A DNA stretch of 64,000 bases from Schmidtea polychroa (lineage: Eukaryota): assembly GCA_044892525.1 (NCBI GenBank), contig CM097885.1:43960001-44024000 (forward strand), given 5' to 3'. Shown one piece after another: positions 14,242 to 28,539 of this stretch. The notes beneath the pieces were generated by a model. It did not search any database. It had not been told where the DNA came from and worked only from the letters and a program-made list of their open reading frames with translations. The position numbers and the translations under genes were made by a program. The first letter of the stretch is position 1. Every line of letters starts with the position of its first letter.

Positions 14242-15006
14242 TAATTATTTTCATCAACTTTGGCTTTAAACACATTTGGCTTTTGAAGAATGAAAATATA
14301 AAAATGAAATGTATAATTAATTAATGTTTAAAAATAAATTTGAAGTTGAATGTTGAATTTCTTAATGTTGAATTTCTTAATCAGAATTATTTATTTCTGT
14401 TTTAAAGCACACTGAGATTTTTATGATGTTATAATATATAATAAATAAATATTTGTAATTTTATTTTATTTAAATTTAAATTTTTTAATAATTTATGTGA
14501 AAACGAGGAAATTAGTTTTATTTAAAATTGATTGGTTGAAATAAACATAGTACCTATGATCAGACAATTATTTACCAAAAACCTATCAGAAAAAACAATA
14601 CTTTGTTTTACTTCTGTGAGTTTAAAATTCTTTCTAATCAAAACTACAAATAAATAAAAATAAATCTAAAAATATATTTAACTTTCTAGTTCTATATTTC
14701 TAATTCTTAACTAAAATTTTCAATAAGAATTTACTTAATTAGTTTAAATAAATTCTAAAAATAATTTTGAATAACAATTTATGTGTTTATTCTAAAGAAA
14801 TATTATTCTAGTATTTCATTTCCAATTTGTTTTCTTTTCGTTTTCCTGAATAAATTTTCATTATTATTGGTACAATTACTTGAACAGCTGCAATCAAACA
14901 AATCGTTTCCGCTTAACAAAATGTTTCAAATATTTTTCGACAATATTTTGCTATTTTAAAAATATAGTTTAAGTGTAAATTAATATTTAGATAACGTTAT
15001 ATTTCA

Positions 15007-15115
15007 CAATAATTATAATAACAATAATAATAATGATAATACTATTAATTATAATAGTTATAATAATAATTATTATTCTCATAATTATAATAATCAAAAT
15101 AATTGTAATGATTAA

Positions 15116-15181
<66 letters not shown>

Positions 15182-15190
15182 TATTATAAT

Positions 15191-15282
<92 letters not shown>

Positions 15283-15308
15283 CAATAATAATAATTATAA
15301 TAATAATA
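15007..15308 (+). repeat. Long imperfect (AAT)n microsatellite abutting a PLE 3' end
   Basis: Read directly; source of the poly-Ile ORFs. Confidence 0.95.
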
Positions 15309-15309
15309 T

Positions 15310-16545
15310 TAATCATTGTCTCATTGAGAAATGTTCCCATTACTCGTAGAAAATGATTTGAAAGCTACACGTCCTAGTTATGTTGTGATTGCTGTATATA
15401 TTTTCTATTTTTGAATGAATAGTTAAACATACATGGCAATTATTTAATTATAAGAAAACGCCAATCAAACATTTTTTTCTCGTTATATTTTGACCGTTTT
15501 CATGTCATCATCAGGTAGGATATATTAACTATATAAATTAAGGATTTTAAGCAAATTTATCAATTTTATTAATTATATAAAAAATATTTTAATATATTAT
15601 TTTTAGAATTCTTGCATTTATAATTTAATTTAATAATTTAAAAATATTTTTATTAATTTTAATTTAACAAACAACAATTAATACATACAATGACTTTATC
15701 AATAACGCCGCACAAATTATACGTTACCTATAATTATCGAAATTTTTTAATAAAATTTTAAAATCAGACATACCTATTTTACTCTTACAGTCCTTATTTT
15801 GCTCACTAATATTGGTCAAAGCCTTCGGTCTATAATTCTCTCGAGCTCGAATACAGATATGACACGAAGTCTCTCCAATGTATGTCCATTACATGTAAAC
15901 TGATAAACAAGATTGGAAGTTTTGGAGTTTTAGACTTATTAATAAATATATTGCGTACTTTTCATGAACTTGACACAATCCTATAGTTTAAATTCCCTAA
16001 CTGCTTTCTTATCTTCACTTTATAATCCTTAAAATCTTCTGAGTAAGGCAATACTAACACAAATTTAGGCTCATCATTTTTGCTCACACTGTTTAATTTA
16101 TTTAATTCAACAGACTCACACATCTCAACAACATCACACCCAGACATTCTCAAACATGGATCCTTACGATTTTTAATAAATTTGTCAACAGTCTCTTTTA
16201 CCATAATTAATAAAAAGGATTTTGAATATCCATTCTACAATTCAACCAATTTGTCAAAAGTAGAAGACAAAGACCATGAACGATAAATCAACCACTTCAC
16301 CATATTTCTTTTATACTTGAATTCACAAAAACTTTTGAATGAAGTATAGAGACCAGTATCAGTTGGTTTTCTTTAAATCTCTGTCTCATAGTGTTTCTCA
16401 TTGCGTTGTATTAACAGATCCAAGAAAGCGAGTGATGATTTTTTCTCCGTTTTACATGTGAATACAATGTTTTAATATAGACTATTCATATAATGGAAAA
16501 ACAGATCAACATGCCTCTGATTTTCAAATATAAGATTAATTAAGA
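15310..16545 (-). mobile_element. 5'-truncated Penelope-like retroelement, family A (RT C-terminus, GIY-YIG endonuclease, pLTR)
   Basis: FLDLLIQR..RKPTDTGLY..FKYKRN (RT thumb), LVLPY linker, SNLVYQFTC..TYIGETSCHICIRARE (GIY-YIG); 3' pLTR shared with 35960-36115 and 60345-60520. Confidence 0.9.
15479..15517 (-). ncRNA. Degenerate minimal hammerhead ribozyme (family A)
   Basis: UAC CUGAUGA U GACAU GAAAA CGGUC AAAA UAUA AC GAG; G12 and the cleavage triplet are mutated relative to the 60410 copy. Confidence 0.7.
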
Positions 16546-17855
16546 TTAAATAATCAAAGAAAATCACAATTTTTTGTATTTAACCGATGAAGCTATGTAT
16601 CCAATTTTTTTATTAAATATTCAAAAAATACAGAAATCATTTTTTGCAACAGTAGACAAAGAAAACATGTTTTGATGCATAGAATGGGTTGTTGTCTTTG
16701 TTAGTTTATTCTGACCATAATTTCTGATTTTTTTTTCAATTTTTATCGTTGAGTTTAATGGGAAATTATTTGTTTGATACACTGATGGAGGTATTAAAGA
16801 AAACGTACTATACCGAATGAGACGACCTTTGAATGACTAGGTTAAAAAAGAGATTATGTCTCTGTGTAGAGTGTGGACATTTATAGACATTCTTAATTCA
16901 TGGCTCATATTTATTTAGATTATAATTTAATAATAATATACGGTCATTAAATGGAATACATCAGTTGTTTTGTTTTACATTGATAAATTATTTTAACAGC
17001 TTTTGTTCTAATTATATCCTAGTAAACTTTCTACTCTAAAAATGGAAATAATCAAAGCTTCTTGTAATTATACTTCAAATATTTTATTACTCAACAATTT
17101 TTGCCTTTTATAGACATTTATATACATAAAAATTATATATTCTGTTTTAAAAAACCTCAAAATATGTCATTTATTTTATAAATAAAAGTCAAAAAAATTT
17201 TCCCATGCTAAAATAGAATAGTAGCATTACAAATATTGGAAGTAATTAATATTTTATTGGAATAAGAATTAAAATTATTTCAATTTTTAAACAACGAGAA
17301 TATTCATTTGTTTTTCTTCATTGAAATTTAATTTAGAAAGTATATATATTTATGTTGTCATTTATTTATTGTCATTATTATGACAACTTTCAATATTGAC
17401 AAAGTTTCAAAGACTCTACCAAGTTAAATATTTAAATAATTTTTAATTAATATTTATTAAATTGTTAACATTTATTTTCACATTTGATTATTTATTTTGT
17501 TATTAATTTTTTCAAACATCAACTATGTATTTTATAGAAGAGAGAAATGTGGAAATTGTTATCCTACTGCTGGAAATGTTGACTTTCGATAATTAACATT
17601 CGTAAAAATGTAAAAAGAAATCTCGGTTCTGAAACAAATAATTTCAAAGCTAAAGCTTCAAAGGATTATTATAAAGACCATTTAAAATATATATACTTCA
17701 TGAATGTTCTTCATTTGGATTTATGACATATTTTGACACGAAATTAAGTTGAAAACTTCTTATAAGGGTTGTCCTAAGACTCATTTCCTCCGATTTATAT
17801 CAATATCAATGTCATAAAATATTTATTTACAAGTTGAAAGTTCAATTTCAAAAAC

Positions 17856-18366
17856 TTAGTACTTTACAAATTCTATACAGATAACTTTAGACGTGGAAAT
17901 TGTTATAAAAGGTTTACTAAAACTACTTTCATAATTTATCATTCCATCTCCATCGTCGTCAGCTTCTTTGATCATTTCGTCAACTTCTTCATCTGTTAAT
18001 TTATCACATAGATTCGTCAATACATGCCGTATTTCGGTAGCAGTAATGAAACCATTGCCTTCCTTATCCAAAACACGAAAGGCATCCCGTAGTTCTTCAT
18101 CAGAAAATGGTTCTTTCATCATTCTGATAATGACAGAATTGAATTTATCAAATTCAATGAATCCGCTGCCTTAAGAATATTTTATTAAATATTTCTAAAG
18201 GTAAAAGTAAAGAATATTTTACAAGTTGGATCTAACTCTTTTAGACAATCAAACAGTTCGCTTTCATTTGGGTCTACTCCGAGACATTTAAGAACCATTG
18301 AAAGGTCAGAGGAGGATATTTTCCCTTCATTTAATTTATCAAATAATTGAAAGGCTTGGCGAATTT
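17856..18366 (-). CDS. Divergent calmodulin-like EF-hand protein; exons 18366-18223, 18169-17927, 17872-17856; first exon(s) not located
   Basis: [49 protein letters not shown] and [25 protein letters not shown] motifs; GT-AG introns of 53 and 54 bp in phase 1 at calmodulin-equivalent positions; exon sizes 144 and 243 bp. Confidence 0.9.
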
Positions 18367-19329
18367 CTAAAGAATTCATAGTAAATATATTTAATAAATA
18401 TAATGTCAATTGAAAATGAAAAGAAATCTGAGATGAAAATCAAAAGAAGTTTTTATAATTCTATTTCATTGTTTATAATTTAAATAACATTTTTATTAAT
18501 GGCCATTATTAATTTATTTATTCGATTTTTTTTGTAAAATGTAAAATTATTATTTATATTTTTAATTTTTTGTTTAACATAAAATTATTAAATTCCTTTT
18601 ATCTTTTTCACCATTGATATATTTTCAATTTCTATTTCATTAATCATTTTTGTTTAAATTTTGTTTAAATCTTTGTTTAAATATTAATTATAAAGGGATA
18701 ATATTTGTAATTTTATTAAAGAATTAAATTTTATTATAAAATTTGTTAATTTATGACCTCCTGGAATGAATATTATTTCAATCAATATTTTCCTTGTACA
18801 AGTCAATCTTTTGTCAACAGGGATTTCTTTCCTCCAGTTTAACAAGTGACTGGAGTTTTGTTTACTCAAAAAATGGTTTTAAACTCAATTTCTGAATATT
18901 TGCGACTTTTTTATTTGTGGATTTTACGAAATTGATTTAATTTAATTTATAATAATAATTTCTGGGAGTTTTTTGTGAATTATAGAAATTCAAGTTTTGA
19001 AAAAAAAGACATTTTAAGATTTAATTTGTTTAAACACTTGCCTTTTTCGTTACAGCAATCAATAAATAATACAAAATAAAAATGTTTTCAATTATTTATT
19101 ATGCTCATTAATATCTCTTTTAAGTATTATTGTCGATTTCTTTTTCTAGTTCTCTAATTCTTTGGTAAACATTTATTTGAACAATTATTAAAACTTTTTT
19201 ATATTAAAGTTTTTGGACAGATTTAACGAATATGTATACTTGTTGACAGTGGTTTTTATATTCAGTCTTCGAAATAACGATTTACTATTTAAATTGGCAA
19301 TAACTGTGAAAATATAAGAAATATCTATT

Positions 19330-19635
19330 TCCTTCTTTTGTTATTCATTTTCATGACATTTTAGTATATAACTTTGTCTCTTATGACCCCAGTTTTGGTA
19401 CCTTTTCTTGCTTACCACTTACTAAATATTAGTAAATAACGAACCTTGGAGGTTTTTACGCTCAACCATATATGCATTTGGACTTAGTCCCACTGTACAG
19501 TTTTTAGAATGATGAGTAAGCAGCGATTTCTTCATTTTGTCACAGACTTCTTTTCGGTTGTTATTTGGAAATCATCCAACTTGTAATGGATTTTATCGGG
19601 AAATTTTAGGTTCAACTATATAGTATAGTCATATG

Positions 19636-19671
<36 letters not shown>

Positions 19672-20790
19672 TTTTATCTAAACACTTGAATTTACGTTCA
19701 AATTTTTCACATGGTAACTTTTGACTTTTTTATCAGTTAATACATAATGCTTGTTTACAAATGTCAAACTACCACATATTCTTTCTTCAAAGAAATTAAA
19801 CATTTCCATTTTTTGTATCAACTTGATGAGTTCATCGAAGATTATTAGGATAGATGACCATGACATCATGGAATATCAAAGTAATTCAATGACCCTAATC
19901 TGTTATAATATATTGATTTGGATTGGTATTGCTGGAAAATATCAGCAAAAATGTAAACAACCAGTTTTAAAAAGATTATTACATTATCCAGTACAATCAT
20001 ATAGTTTGTTTCTTTCCATACTTTCTTTGCTTTTTACTCTATATTAACTTCGCTGACGTTTGTATATTTGTATAGCATGCTATCAAAATTTCAAATCGAT
20101 CCAATCACTGAAAGTGGGTTAACTTAAAAAATATTGATATGTCAAATTTAGTGTTATTTCCTTATTTCAATATAAATTCTTATCTATTCATTAACTTTTG
20201 ATTAAAGAGATAACCTAATTATATCTAGAATAGGTTATATAAGTTTGAACCAATGATTGATATGATTATCATTATCACATTATCACAATCACATAATTTA
20301 GGGTTTCGTTTGGTCACGCAAAAAAACTGATTTTACATAATAATAAATATCTCTTAGCATTGAGAACGCATTTAGAAATTTTAGTTTTGAGTGAAATATA
20401 GAGAGAGTTTCAAAAAACATGTTTTTATGGTTGATTTTTTTATATTTAACTTTTAGAATGTCATCATTTTTCTGGTAATTCATACGTGATCTCTAAAACT
20501 TCAAAGAATGTCACAAAATTATATGGACGTATTACGAATGAGTCAACTATAGCTCCATTGTATATCAATTTCGTTAAAGGTAAACTTTTGAATTTCTTAA
20601 CAGCTTTAGCAAATAATGCATTCACAAACTGGTATGTATAAATAAACGGTCTTGTAAGTCCACAAACGTATAAAAACGTGATAAAAAGTTGGATGTATGG
20701 TATATTTTAAATTGGAAATTGCTTTAATCCATATTTGAGAATATGATGCAAATCATACCCCTTCAAATTATGAAATATGACAGGTAATAT
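19330..20790 (-). pseudogene. Polinton/Maverick (adintovirus-like) protein-primed family B DNA polymerase remnant
   Basis: Ordered motifs LPVIFHNLKGYDLHHI, FIYTYQF, RPYNFVTFFEVLE.ELP, FLKLVVYIFADIFQQY..LNYFDIP.MSW, MFNFFEERICGSLTFVNKHY; heavily disrupted. Confidence 0.75.
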
Positions 20791-21059
20791 TTTCATGATT
20801 TTCCTCGATATATTATATTTTTTTATTGTATTATATATATTCAATATAGCCAAAACACTATATGAAACATATATTATTTTTGTTTTGTACATTAATTATT
20901 TTATTAATCTTTGAAGTATAATCATTAATGTCCTGATAACCTAGATTTATTAGAAACCTTTTTTATATTGAAATGTAGTTCTATTATACTACTTGTTAAT
21001 TATATACGTTCAATAATTTTTTTATTTAAATTTTTTATACTATCATCAAGAAAAGTACT

Positions 21060-21190
21060 AATTAGAGGAAGAATAATCATTTGATACATGTGAAATTTGT
21101 TATTTATGCAAGAAAAATATGGAAATATTACCTTTTATGTTTCATAATTTGAGAGGATATTATTATCAACATATCTTTAAGTATGAAATA
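21060..21190 (+). pseudogene. Second, inverted pPolB N-terminal fragment
   Basis: FDTCEICYLCKK followed by ILPFMFHNLRGYYYQHIFKY, homologous to the motif at 20730-20795 on the opposite strand. Confidence 0.6.
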
Positions 21191-24100
21191 AATTAATATA
21201 TACCAACAACCAGGAGTTGTATAGTTTTCAAACAATTAAAGTCACCCTTAGAAAACAATGATGATAAAAAGGTTTTGTGTGAAAAAGAAAAAGTCTGGCA
21301 TATAGTCATTATAAATGTACGGAAAAATCATTAAACTGTTGATCAATTTGCTCATAAAATCATTGATAAAATTGTGATTATAATTGTTATAGTTATATTT
21401 ATTATATTAATTTATATTCATATATTTATATTTTATGTTGTTATTTATGATGGGACTTAGTTATCTACTTATTGTATCTCGAATTTTGTGTTGGTTGTTC
21501 ATTACATATTATGAAAACAAAATACTTTTTATATTAATAATAAAGTTATATTATATCAGATATTTAGAAAATGACGTAAAGGAAGCTATTTATAAATACT
21601 CTGATTATTATAGCCTTTAAGGTTTGAATAAAATAATATATCAGGAGGACTAAATCATGACTACAGAGAAGTTTAAAAATATTTTCAAACAGTTAGTAAG
21701 ACTATATTATTTTGTCACATTTTGTTCAGAAATTAATTTATTTGAACATTGTATCTATAATATCAAAATCAAATGAAAAAGACAGTGCCGAAAATTCGTG
21801 AATATCAAAAAACATCGATATCTTTACTGATTCATAGTCAATTTTTTAAAAATACATTAACTTGTTAATAATAGTAAAACGTAATATTTAAATTATAGTT
21901 CTTTTTAAAATTACAATAAAATCTACGAAATTTTAGAATTTAGAATAGGTCAAAAACTGTATTTGTCAATTATATTATAATATTCATTTATTATTGTAAA
22001 TAGTATTTAAAATAAGTTTATAATGCAATCTTTACAAACTAAATTAAATACTTTAAATATTGTCATATTTAATAAATTTTCATGAATAATAAAACATTAT
22101 TTAAATAACTTGTAATTTAAATTTAAATTAAACTGAATAGTAAATATGCGTGAGAATTAGTTTGTGTAATTAAAAATAATTAAAAAATGGTTTTCATAAA
22201 AAATTTCTATTTTAAATTTATCACGTTTGTTTGGAATAAAATGTTTTTTCATTTTACTAAGAAATCGTGAATAGCAAAAATTATAGCTTATTGATAAATT
22301 TATTCTCATTTTAATTATGTCCTAAATAACTGAATTTGAATGAAATAGACATATAAAAATTACATTTGAAAATAATTTGACACCAGACCAAAAATAATTT
22401 CATTCTTTATGTGTTCTAATGAAATATATATCGAGTACTTTATAAGAAATGAGTCTAAATTTGGAAATATTTTAAAAAATAAATTAAAATTTTATTTTAT
22501 TTTGTTTTGATATATATACTACAAAAAAGTCACTGAAAAGTGTGCGATAATGAATAGGTTTTTTCAATTAAAATTAAATTGTTTTGTGGTGAATAAAGTT
22601 CTTTAATTCCTTTTTTAAAATACAGAATCAATGATATTTTTACATTTTGTTTTAATTTATTATAATATTAATTTTTAATTATTTAAATGTTTAAATAAAA
22701 ATATTGCTAAAAACTAAAATTTAGTTAATAAATGTGGCATCGATTATTTTGTATACTTTTTAGTTGTTTTTTGCTATTTTTACCAATTAATCAAGTCACT
22801 TATAAACATATTTTTCCTATTGTTTTTAGAGAATATTTACAATTTATCAAACATCCTTCTATTAGCTTCTTATAACATTTCAACAAACAGTTCATTAATA
22901 TTTGTTGTTTTTCTTATTTATACTCATTTAATTAGACTGTTATAATTTTGAAGGATAATATTGACATGATAAAATAAATAAATCAGTCTCTGCGTTATTT
23001 AATGACAATAAATAGATAAAGTTGTTAAAATTTACTACAAGTCGTTTGGCAGTTTTTATGAAATACTAGTCCACTTAATTCTTTTTATTTTTAAATTTGA
23101 CAAATAAATTAATATTTATTGACAAACAATAAATAAAATTGTTTACATTTAAAATTACTTTTTATGTTGTTTTTATTTGTGCAAAATTAATGAATATTTT
23201 CATTAACTATTTTATTTTCAAAGAAACCTCGTGTGTATTTTAATAAATAATTCATTATTGATTTGTTTATTTTTCTTTGAATTTAATTTATTTTAACATT
23301 TTAATTGACATTTATATAACATTCATTAAAATTTTTATTAAATTTTAAAATTAAATCTTAATAATATTTACTAATATTTACAAAAATGAAATACAATTTT
23401 TATAATAATTAAATTTAGTAATTTAATCATTTTCAAACATTTAAAATATTTTTAAAACATTAATTCAATACATTTAAAGATTTTCTTTGTTTTTATAACA
23501 AACATTTCTCGAAATTGTTTTGATTTAAAAATTATATTTTTAAAAGTTTCCATGGCAACTGTCGTATCACATAAAAACTTGACATAGTTCTGTCATGTTG
23601 TTATTGATACAAATCACAAGAAGCGCCTTGTTTATATAAATCTGTACTAAATAAACATACCCGGTATTATAAGCTTCTAAAGTAATTTGGGGATTTAATT
23701 TCCAATTTAAATTAGAATTTGATTTATTTCTCATTTTGAATTTTTCTCTTCAATTAATTTAGTGAAAATTAGATGTTTTTTCTTTTCTTTTAAAATATTA
23801 TTGATATTGTTTTAACTGATACAAAAAATTATAATAAATTGGTATAGGTTTTTATTTGTTTTAAAAATAGGACTACAAGGTAGTTAACCTTAATTTAAGC
23901 ATTCAATTATGGAAATTTAAAGAAATTTATTATCATAAAAAAATTGTTTGTTGGAAAATCCGGGATTAATATGTAAAATTAATAAAAATAATTGTCATTT
24001 AGAATAAAAATATTTATTAAATCTTAAAATAAAAATTAAATGGTAGAGTATAATTATGTTTTAAATGTTACAATTAATTTTATTATTGTAATTTTTTTTA

Positions 24101-25421
24101 TAATTTATTGTGATTATTGTTTGATAGTTAAAGTCTCCCTCCTACCTTTTGCGGATCCTGGCATGTGATACAGAAAATAATAATAATAATAATTTTAATT
24201 AACTATAAAAAATATATTATGAACAAAACAATTAATTAAATAATTTATTAAAAGATATAAAATTTAATTGGGATTTGAGAAAAGATTTTTTGGATAATAA
24301 ATTACGATTATTGAGATTTGCATCACGGATAAAATACATTGATCACAGAGATTAAAAAATTAAAAGAAGACAAATCAAAGAAGACAAATTCCAACTGAAG
24401 ATTAAAAATTTTCATTTCAACTTGGAAATAGGCATGACTCAAAAATCAAAGAAAGTTATTATACGTTATTATATATAACGTTTGCCTTACTAAAAACATT
24501 TAAACTAGACTTAAGGTATTATATTACTTTCATATTCGATTAAAACTAAAGTAATTGTTCACAATTACATGCGGTTCCACTGGATATTATGTTCTATAAT
24601 TAAAAAGTCAATAAATTTGATAATATAGGTTGCACACCAGTTTGCTTGTATGTTGAAAATCTTGATAAGCTGGATGACACCTGAATCATAGGATTCACAC
24701 TTCGTCAAAGAAATAAATTTTCTCTCACTAAAAAATATCAATAATAAAAAACATTATTTGCGTTCTATATATTACACAAACACATTAAACAATAGCTTTC
24801 TCAAGACACTAAAATTTCCCTACAGACGATTATTAATTCCAGATAACTTACCTAAAATAAATAATATGTATCTTCAATTAAATATAATTTGAATAATGTG
24901 GCTATTGAGAAAGGTAAAGAAGTATAGAAATTGGTACAAAAATTCTTTCTAAAAATTATAAAAATAAAATATTAAATTTTATCATAAATAGTTGTTTGAG
25001 AATTTATTTTGGAGAAAAATATATTTAGGTATTTTGATAATGTTAGGTTTACTTTCATTCTTTTTCGTTTTTTTCAATTTATTGTTTTATTTTCACTAAA
25101 TCTTTGCAATAAATATGTTCACATTTAATGTTGATTGTAATATTCTTATTAAATGTTGTTCTTACTCTCACTCTTTGCAGACCTGGAACAAAAACAAGTT
25201 CCTTTTAACATTTACTATAAAAATCAGGAAATCAACAGACAATAAAGATTTAAGCAACTAAATGAAAGAAAATTGAATTAAAAATTGTATTACGAATGGA
25301 AGAAGGAAGAAAGATATGATTTGGAGAATTGAATGAATTTTTAGTGGTGACATTTTTTATATTTTTAAACTTAGTTGGATAAAGTGTTATCAATAAAAGT
25401 TATTATTATTATTGTTATTAT

Positions 25422-25624
25422 AAAGTGATGATTTCTTGGTAGCAGTATTTATTATTTAAAACAATAAAATGATAATTTAAGCCTTTTTCTGCAAATAATG
25501 TATTTAATGAAAAAACTTTCGACTGTAAGATAGTCCTTGTCAATCTCCAAGGACTATCTTATAGTCGAAAATATTTTCATTAAATACATTATTTGCAGCA
25601 AAAGGCTTAAATTATCATTTTATT
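25422..25624 (-). mobile_element. PLE family C 3' terminus with 77-bp fold-back inversion, inside an (ATT)n tract
   Basis: Same sequence as 28326, 36158 and 40290; arms 25463-25539 and 25548-25624; ATT repeats on both flanks. Confidence 0.85.
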
Positions 25625-26109
25625 ATTATTGTTATTGTTATTTAATTATTTATATTATTTTTTCGGTCGAACAGACTAAATTAATGAGTAAAGTCATTAA
25701 TTTTTTAATACATAAAAGGATAAAGCAACATAAACTAACCCAAATGATGAAATTTTGGGTAGGATTTGATAAAGATTATGCTTTTTTACATTATAAGTAA
25801 GGTAACTTTGTTATAGACATCGGATTTGTTACAATGTATTTATAATATAATTTATAATTGAAATCCCTTATTTATTTATTATAAATATATTTAAAATTTT
25901 TATTTAATGGTTGTGATGAGAATTTTGTCAGCTATTTGTGTAATCTTATCTTGTTAGGTATCTTTTTTATTAATGATAATGTAAATTATTGCCACGATAA
26001 AAATTCTGGGTAAAAATCTAAATTATTGAGACAATAACATTTCTTTATTTCACAGAAATTAGTTATTTTCAAACTTTTTGACATAGTAATTTTATTTGAT
26101 TGTTTATTG

Positions 26110-26600
26110 TTTAATGATTTTAAAATCTTATCAAAACATTTTGATAATTATTATGAACATGTGATATGTGAAGTATTGTTAATAAGAACTTTTAATCCAA
26201 AAATCAATGTGCAGAATGCGGTGAATACGTGTACGTTGAATGTTTTTAATCAAGATTGTGTATGTTGATGTATATTGAATAATAGTTATGTTAAAAAATA
26301 ATTAAAACAATATTTTTTAAAGAATTTTTAAAGATAAAATGGTGCTTTTTTAATAATTTTAAAGCAAAGATTTTTGATTATTATTTTGAAAATATTTATT
26401 TAAAATTATTATTTATAATTTAAAAATTTATAGATTTAATAATTTGTTTATAAATTATCCATATTGTATAGTTATTCATCTCTTGTGTATGTAGGTAACC
26501 TGACGATGATAGTGATACTACCGAAATATATAGTGAAAAAGATATACGAATGGTGATTTTTATTAATAAAGTATTTACCATGTGTATTTAGGTATCTATT
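26110..26600 (+). mobile_element. PLE family B 3' fragment (GIY-YIG C-terminus and pLTR)
   Basis: NDFKILSKHFDNYYEHVICEVLLIRTFNPKINVQ fits the PLE endonuclease C-terminus; hammerhead follows; homologous to 48780-49680 (inverted). Confidence 0.75.
26497..26535 (+). ncRNA. Minimal hammerhead ribozyme (family B)
   Basis: AAC CUGACGA U GAUAG UGAUA CUACC GAAA UAUA UA GUG; intact core, palindromic UAUA loop III, one mismatch each in stems I and II. Confidence 0.75.
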
Positions 26601-27229
26601 AAACGATTGATTGTTGTTAAAAGATAATATTTTATTTTAAAGTTTTACTCATCTTCATATTGACTATATATACTATTTAACACCAATTTTAGCACTGCTT
26701 TTTTTAATGTTTAAAACAAAGATTTTGTGTTGAATAAGAAGAAATATTAATCTGTAGTTGCAATAAAGTAAAATTAATTTTTTAAAGAAAGAGATTTTGC
26801 ATTAGTTATAAATGCGTTAAATATCAATACATTTTGCATTTGTCATAAATGTGTTTAAAAACTATTAATTTTCTTTTTGTATTAATGAAAGTCACTAAAA
26901 CATTTTTTAGATATATTTTAAAATCATCATTATTTGTCTAGGTTTTAATTGTGATAAAATTAATAGAATTTCATAAATCACTATTTTGTGACTTTTTGTG
27001 AGTTTATATGAATATTTCATAGGATTATGTAGTAAATATTTGTAAAATCAGTTAAATTAAGACTGAACAGTACGTCGTAAAAGTCATATAATGTTAAACA
27101 TTTTAACAGAAACCTTTTTTGTGATTATATTCGTAGTGTCTTCGATAATAAACTCACAAAATTAAAACTATAAAAGTTATATGAAATTATATATATAATG
27201 GTTGAAAAATGGCACTCGTACATCAATTA

Positions 27230-27268
27230 TACAATATTTTTTGACAGGTTTAATATCATCATCAGCTA
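27230..27268 (-). ncRNA. Degenerate hammerhead-like motif
   Basis: CUGAUGA U GAUAU UAAAC CUGUC AAAA AAUA UU GUA; same spacing as family A but G12 is lost. Confidence 0.45.
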
Positions 27269-28141
27269 GAAAAGAAAAATTAATATTTATTATTTAAATA
27301 CATGATTAGTTAGTAATAATTTTCTTTAATTCTAATGACATTAACAGTAACATTTCTTCTGTTTTAAATATAATACAACAATTAATATATACAATATATT
27401 ATCATTGAAATTTTTTTAGACATGAAAAATAATGTTAAAAGTAACAAAATGAATCTCTTGCTTGAATTGAAAATCTTACATTTAAAAATGAAGCTAAAAG
27501 TAGTGTTCTTAGTGTTCTCTTATTTTCTCAAATATTATAATTTCCAAACTGAAATTTTGACAATTAATTTTGGAATATTATTGAAACTGTTATTTAGCCG
27601 AATGAAAACAATTTTAAAAAATCAGGTAAAATCAGGGAAATGTTTAAATATTTGTAAATATATGTAAATATTGCGGGATTTCTGAGCTTGTATAAATTTA
27701 GAAAAAATATAAATTTGAATGTTTCTATTTTTTTTAGTCACAACATAGCAATTGAAAAAAAACTGAAATTAATAAAATAATATATTTCTCGTATTTTATT
27801 TATTGTTTATGTCGAATAAATTACGTTGTATTATTTGTAGTTAAGTTATTTATATATTTATGGTAAGAGTAACATAAATCTCTTTTGTCTATATTGTATG
27901 TAAATTTAATACAGGCAATATATTTACATCTATTTCGAGTAATCAAGGGTATTATATATTTATATATACTTCATTAGTCGTATTATTCATGTTTAATTTC
28001 AAAGGAATTTAAAATCTATTAATTAGTATGTAGAAATTTTGAATAATTATAAATATTTTCACTTTTTCATTTATTTTTTCATTTAAAAAAATGTATTAAA
28101 ACTAATTTAAGTAAATGTGACTAATTGTATATTTTTCAAAA

Positions 28142-28322
<181 letters not shown>

Positions 28323-28325
28323 GTT

Positions 28326-28539
28326 AAGTGATGATTTCTTGGTAGCAGTATTTATTATTTAAAACAACAAAGTGATAATTTAAGTCTTTTGCTGCGAATT
28401 ATGTATTTAATAAAAATGTTTTCGACTATGAGATAGTCCTTGTCAATCTTATCAATCATTGACAAGGACTATCTTATAGTCGAAATTTTTTTCATTAAAT
28501 ACATAATTCGCAGCAAAAGGCTTAAATTATCACTTTATT

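Noticed and set aside
14987..15356. Poly-Ile, poly-Asn and IY-repeat ORFs (also 755, 12085, 12105, 28125, 35299, 41447, 57341)
   Set aside because: Translations of (AAT)n/(TA)n microsatellites
18684..18869. ORF as a possible upstream exon of the calmodulin-like gene
   Set aside because: No calmodulin-like sequence and splice sites are unconvincing
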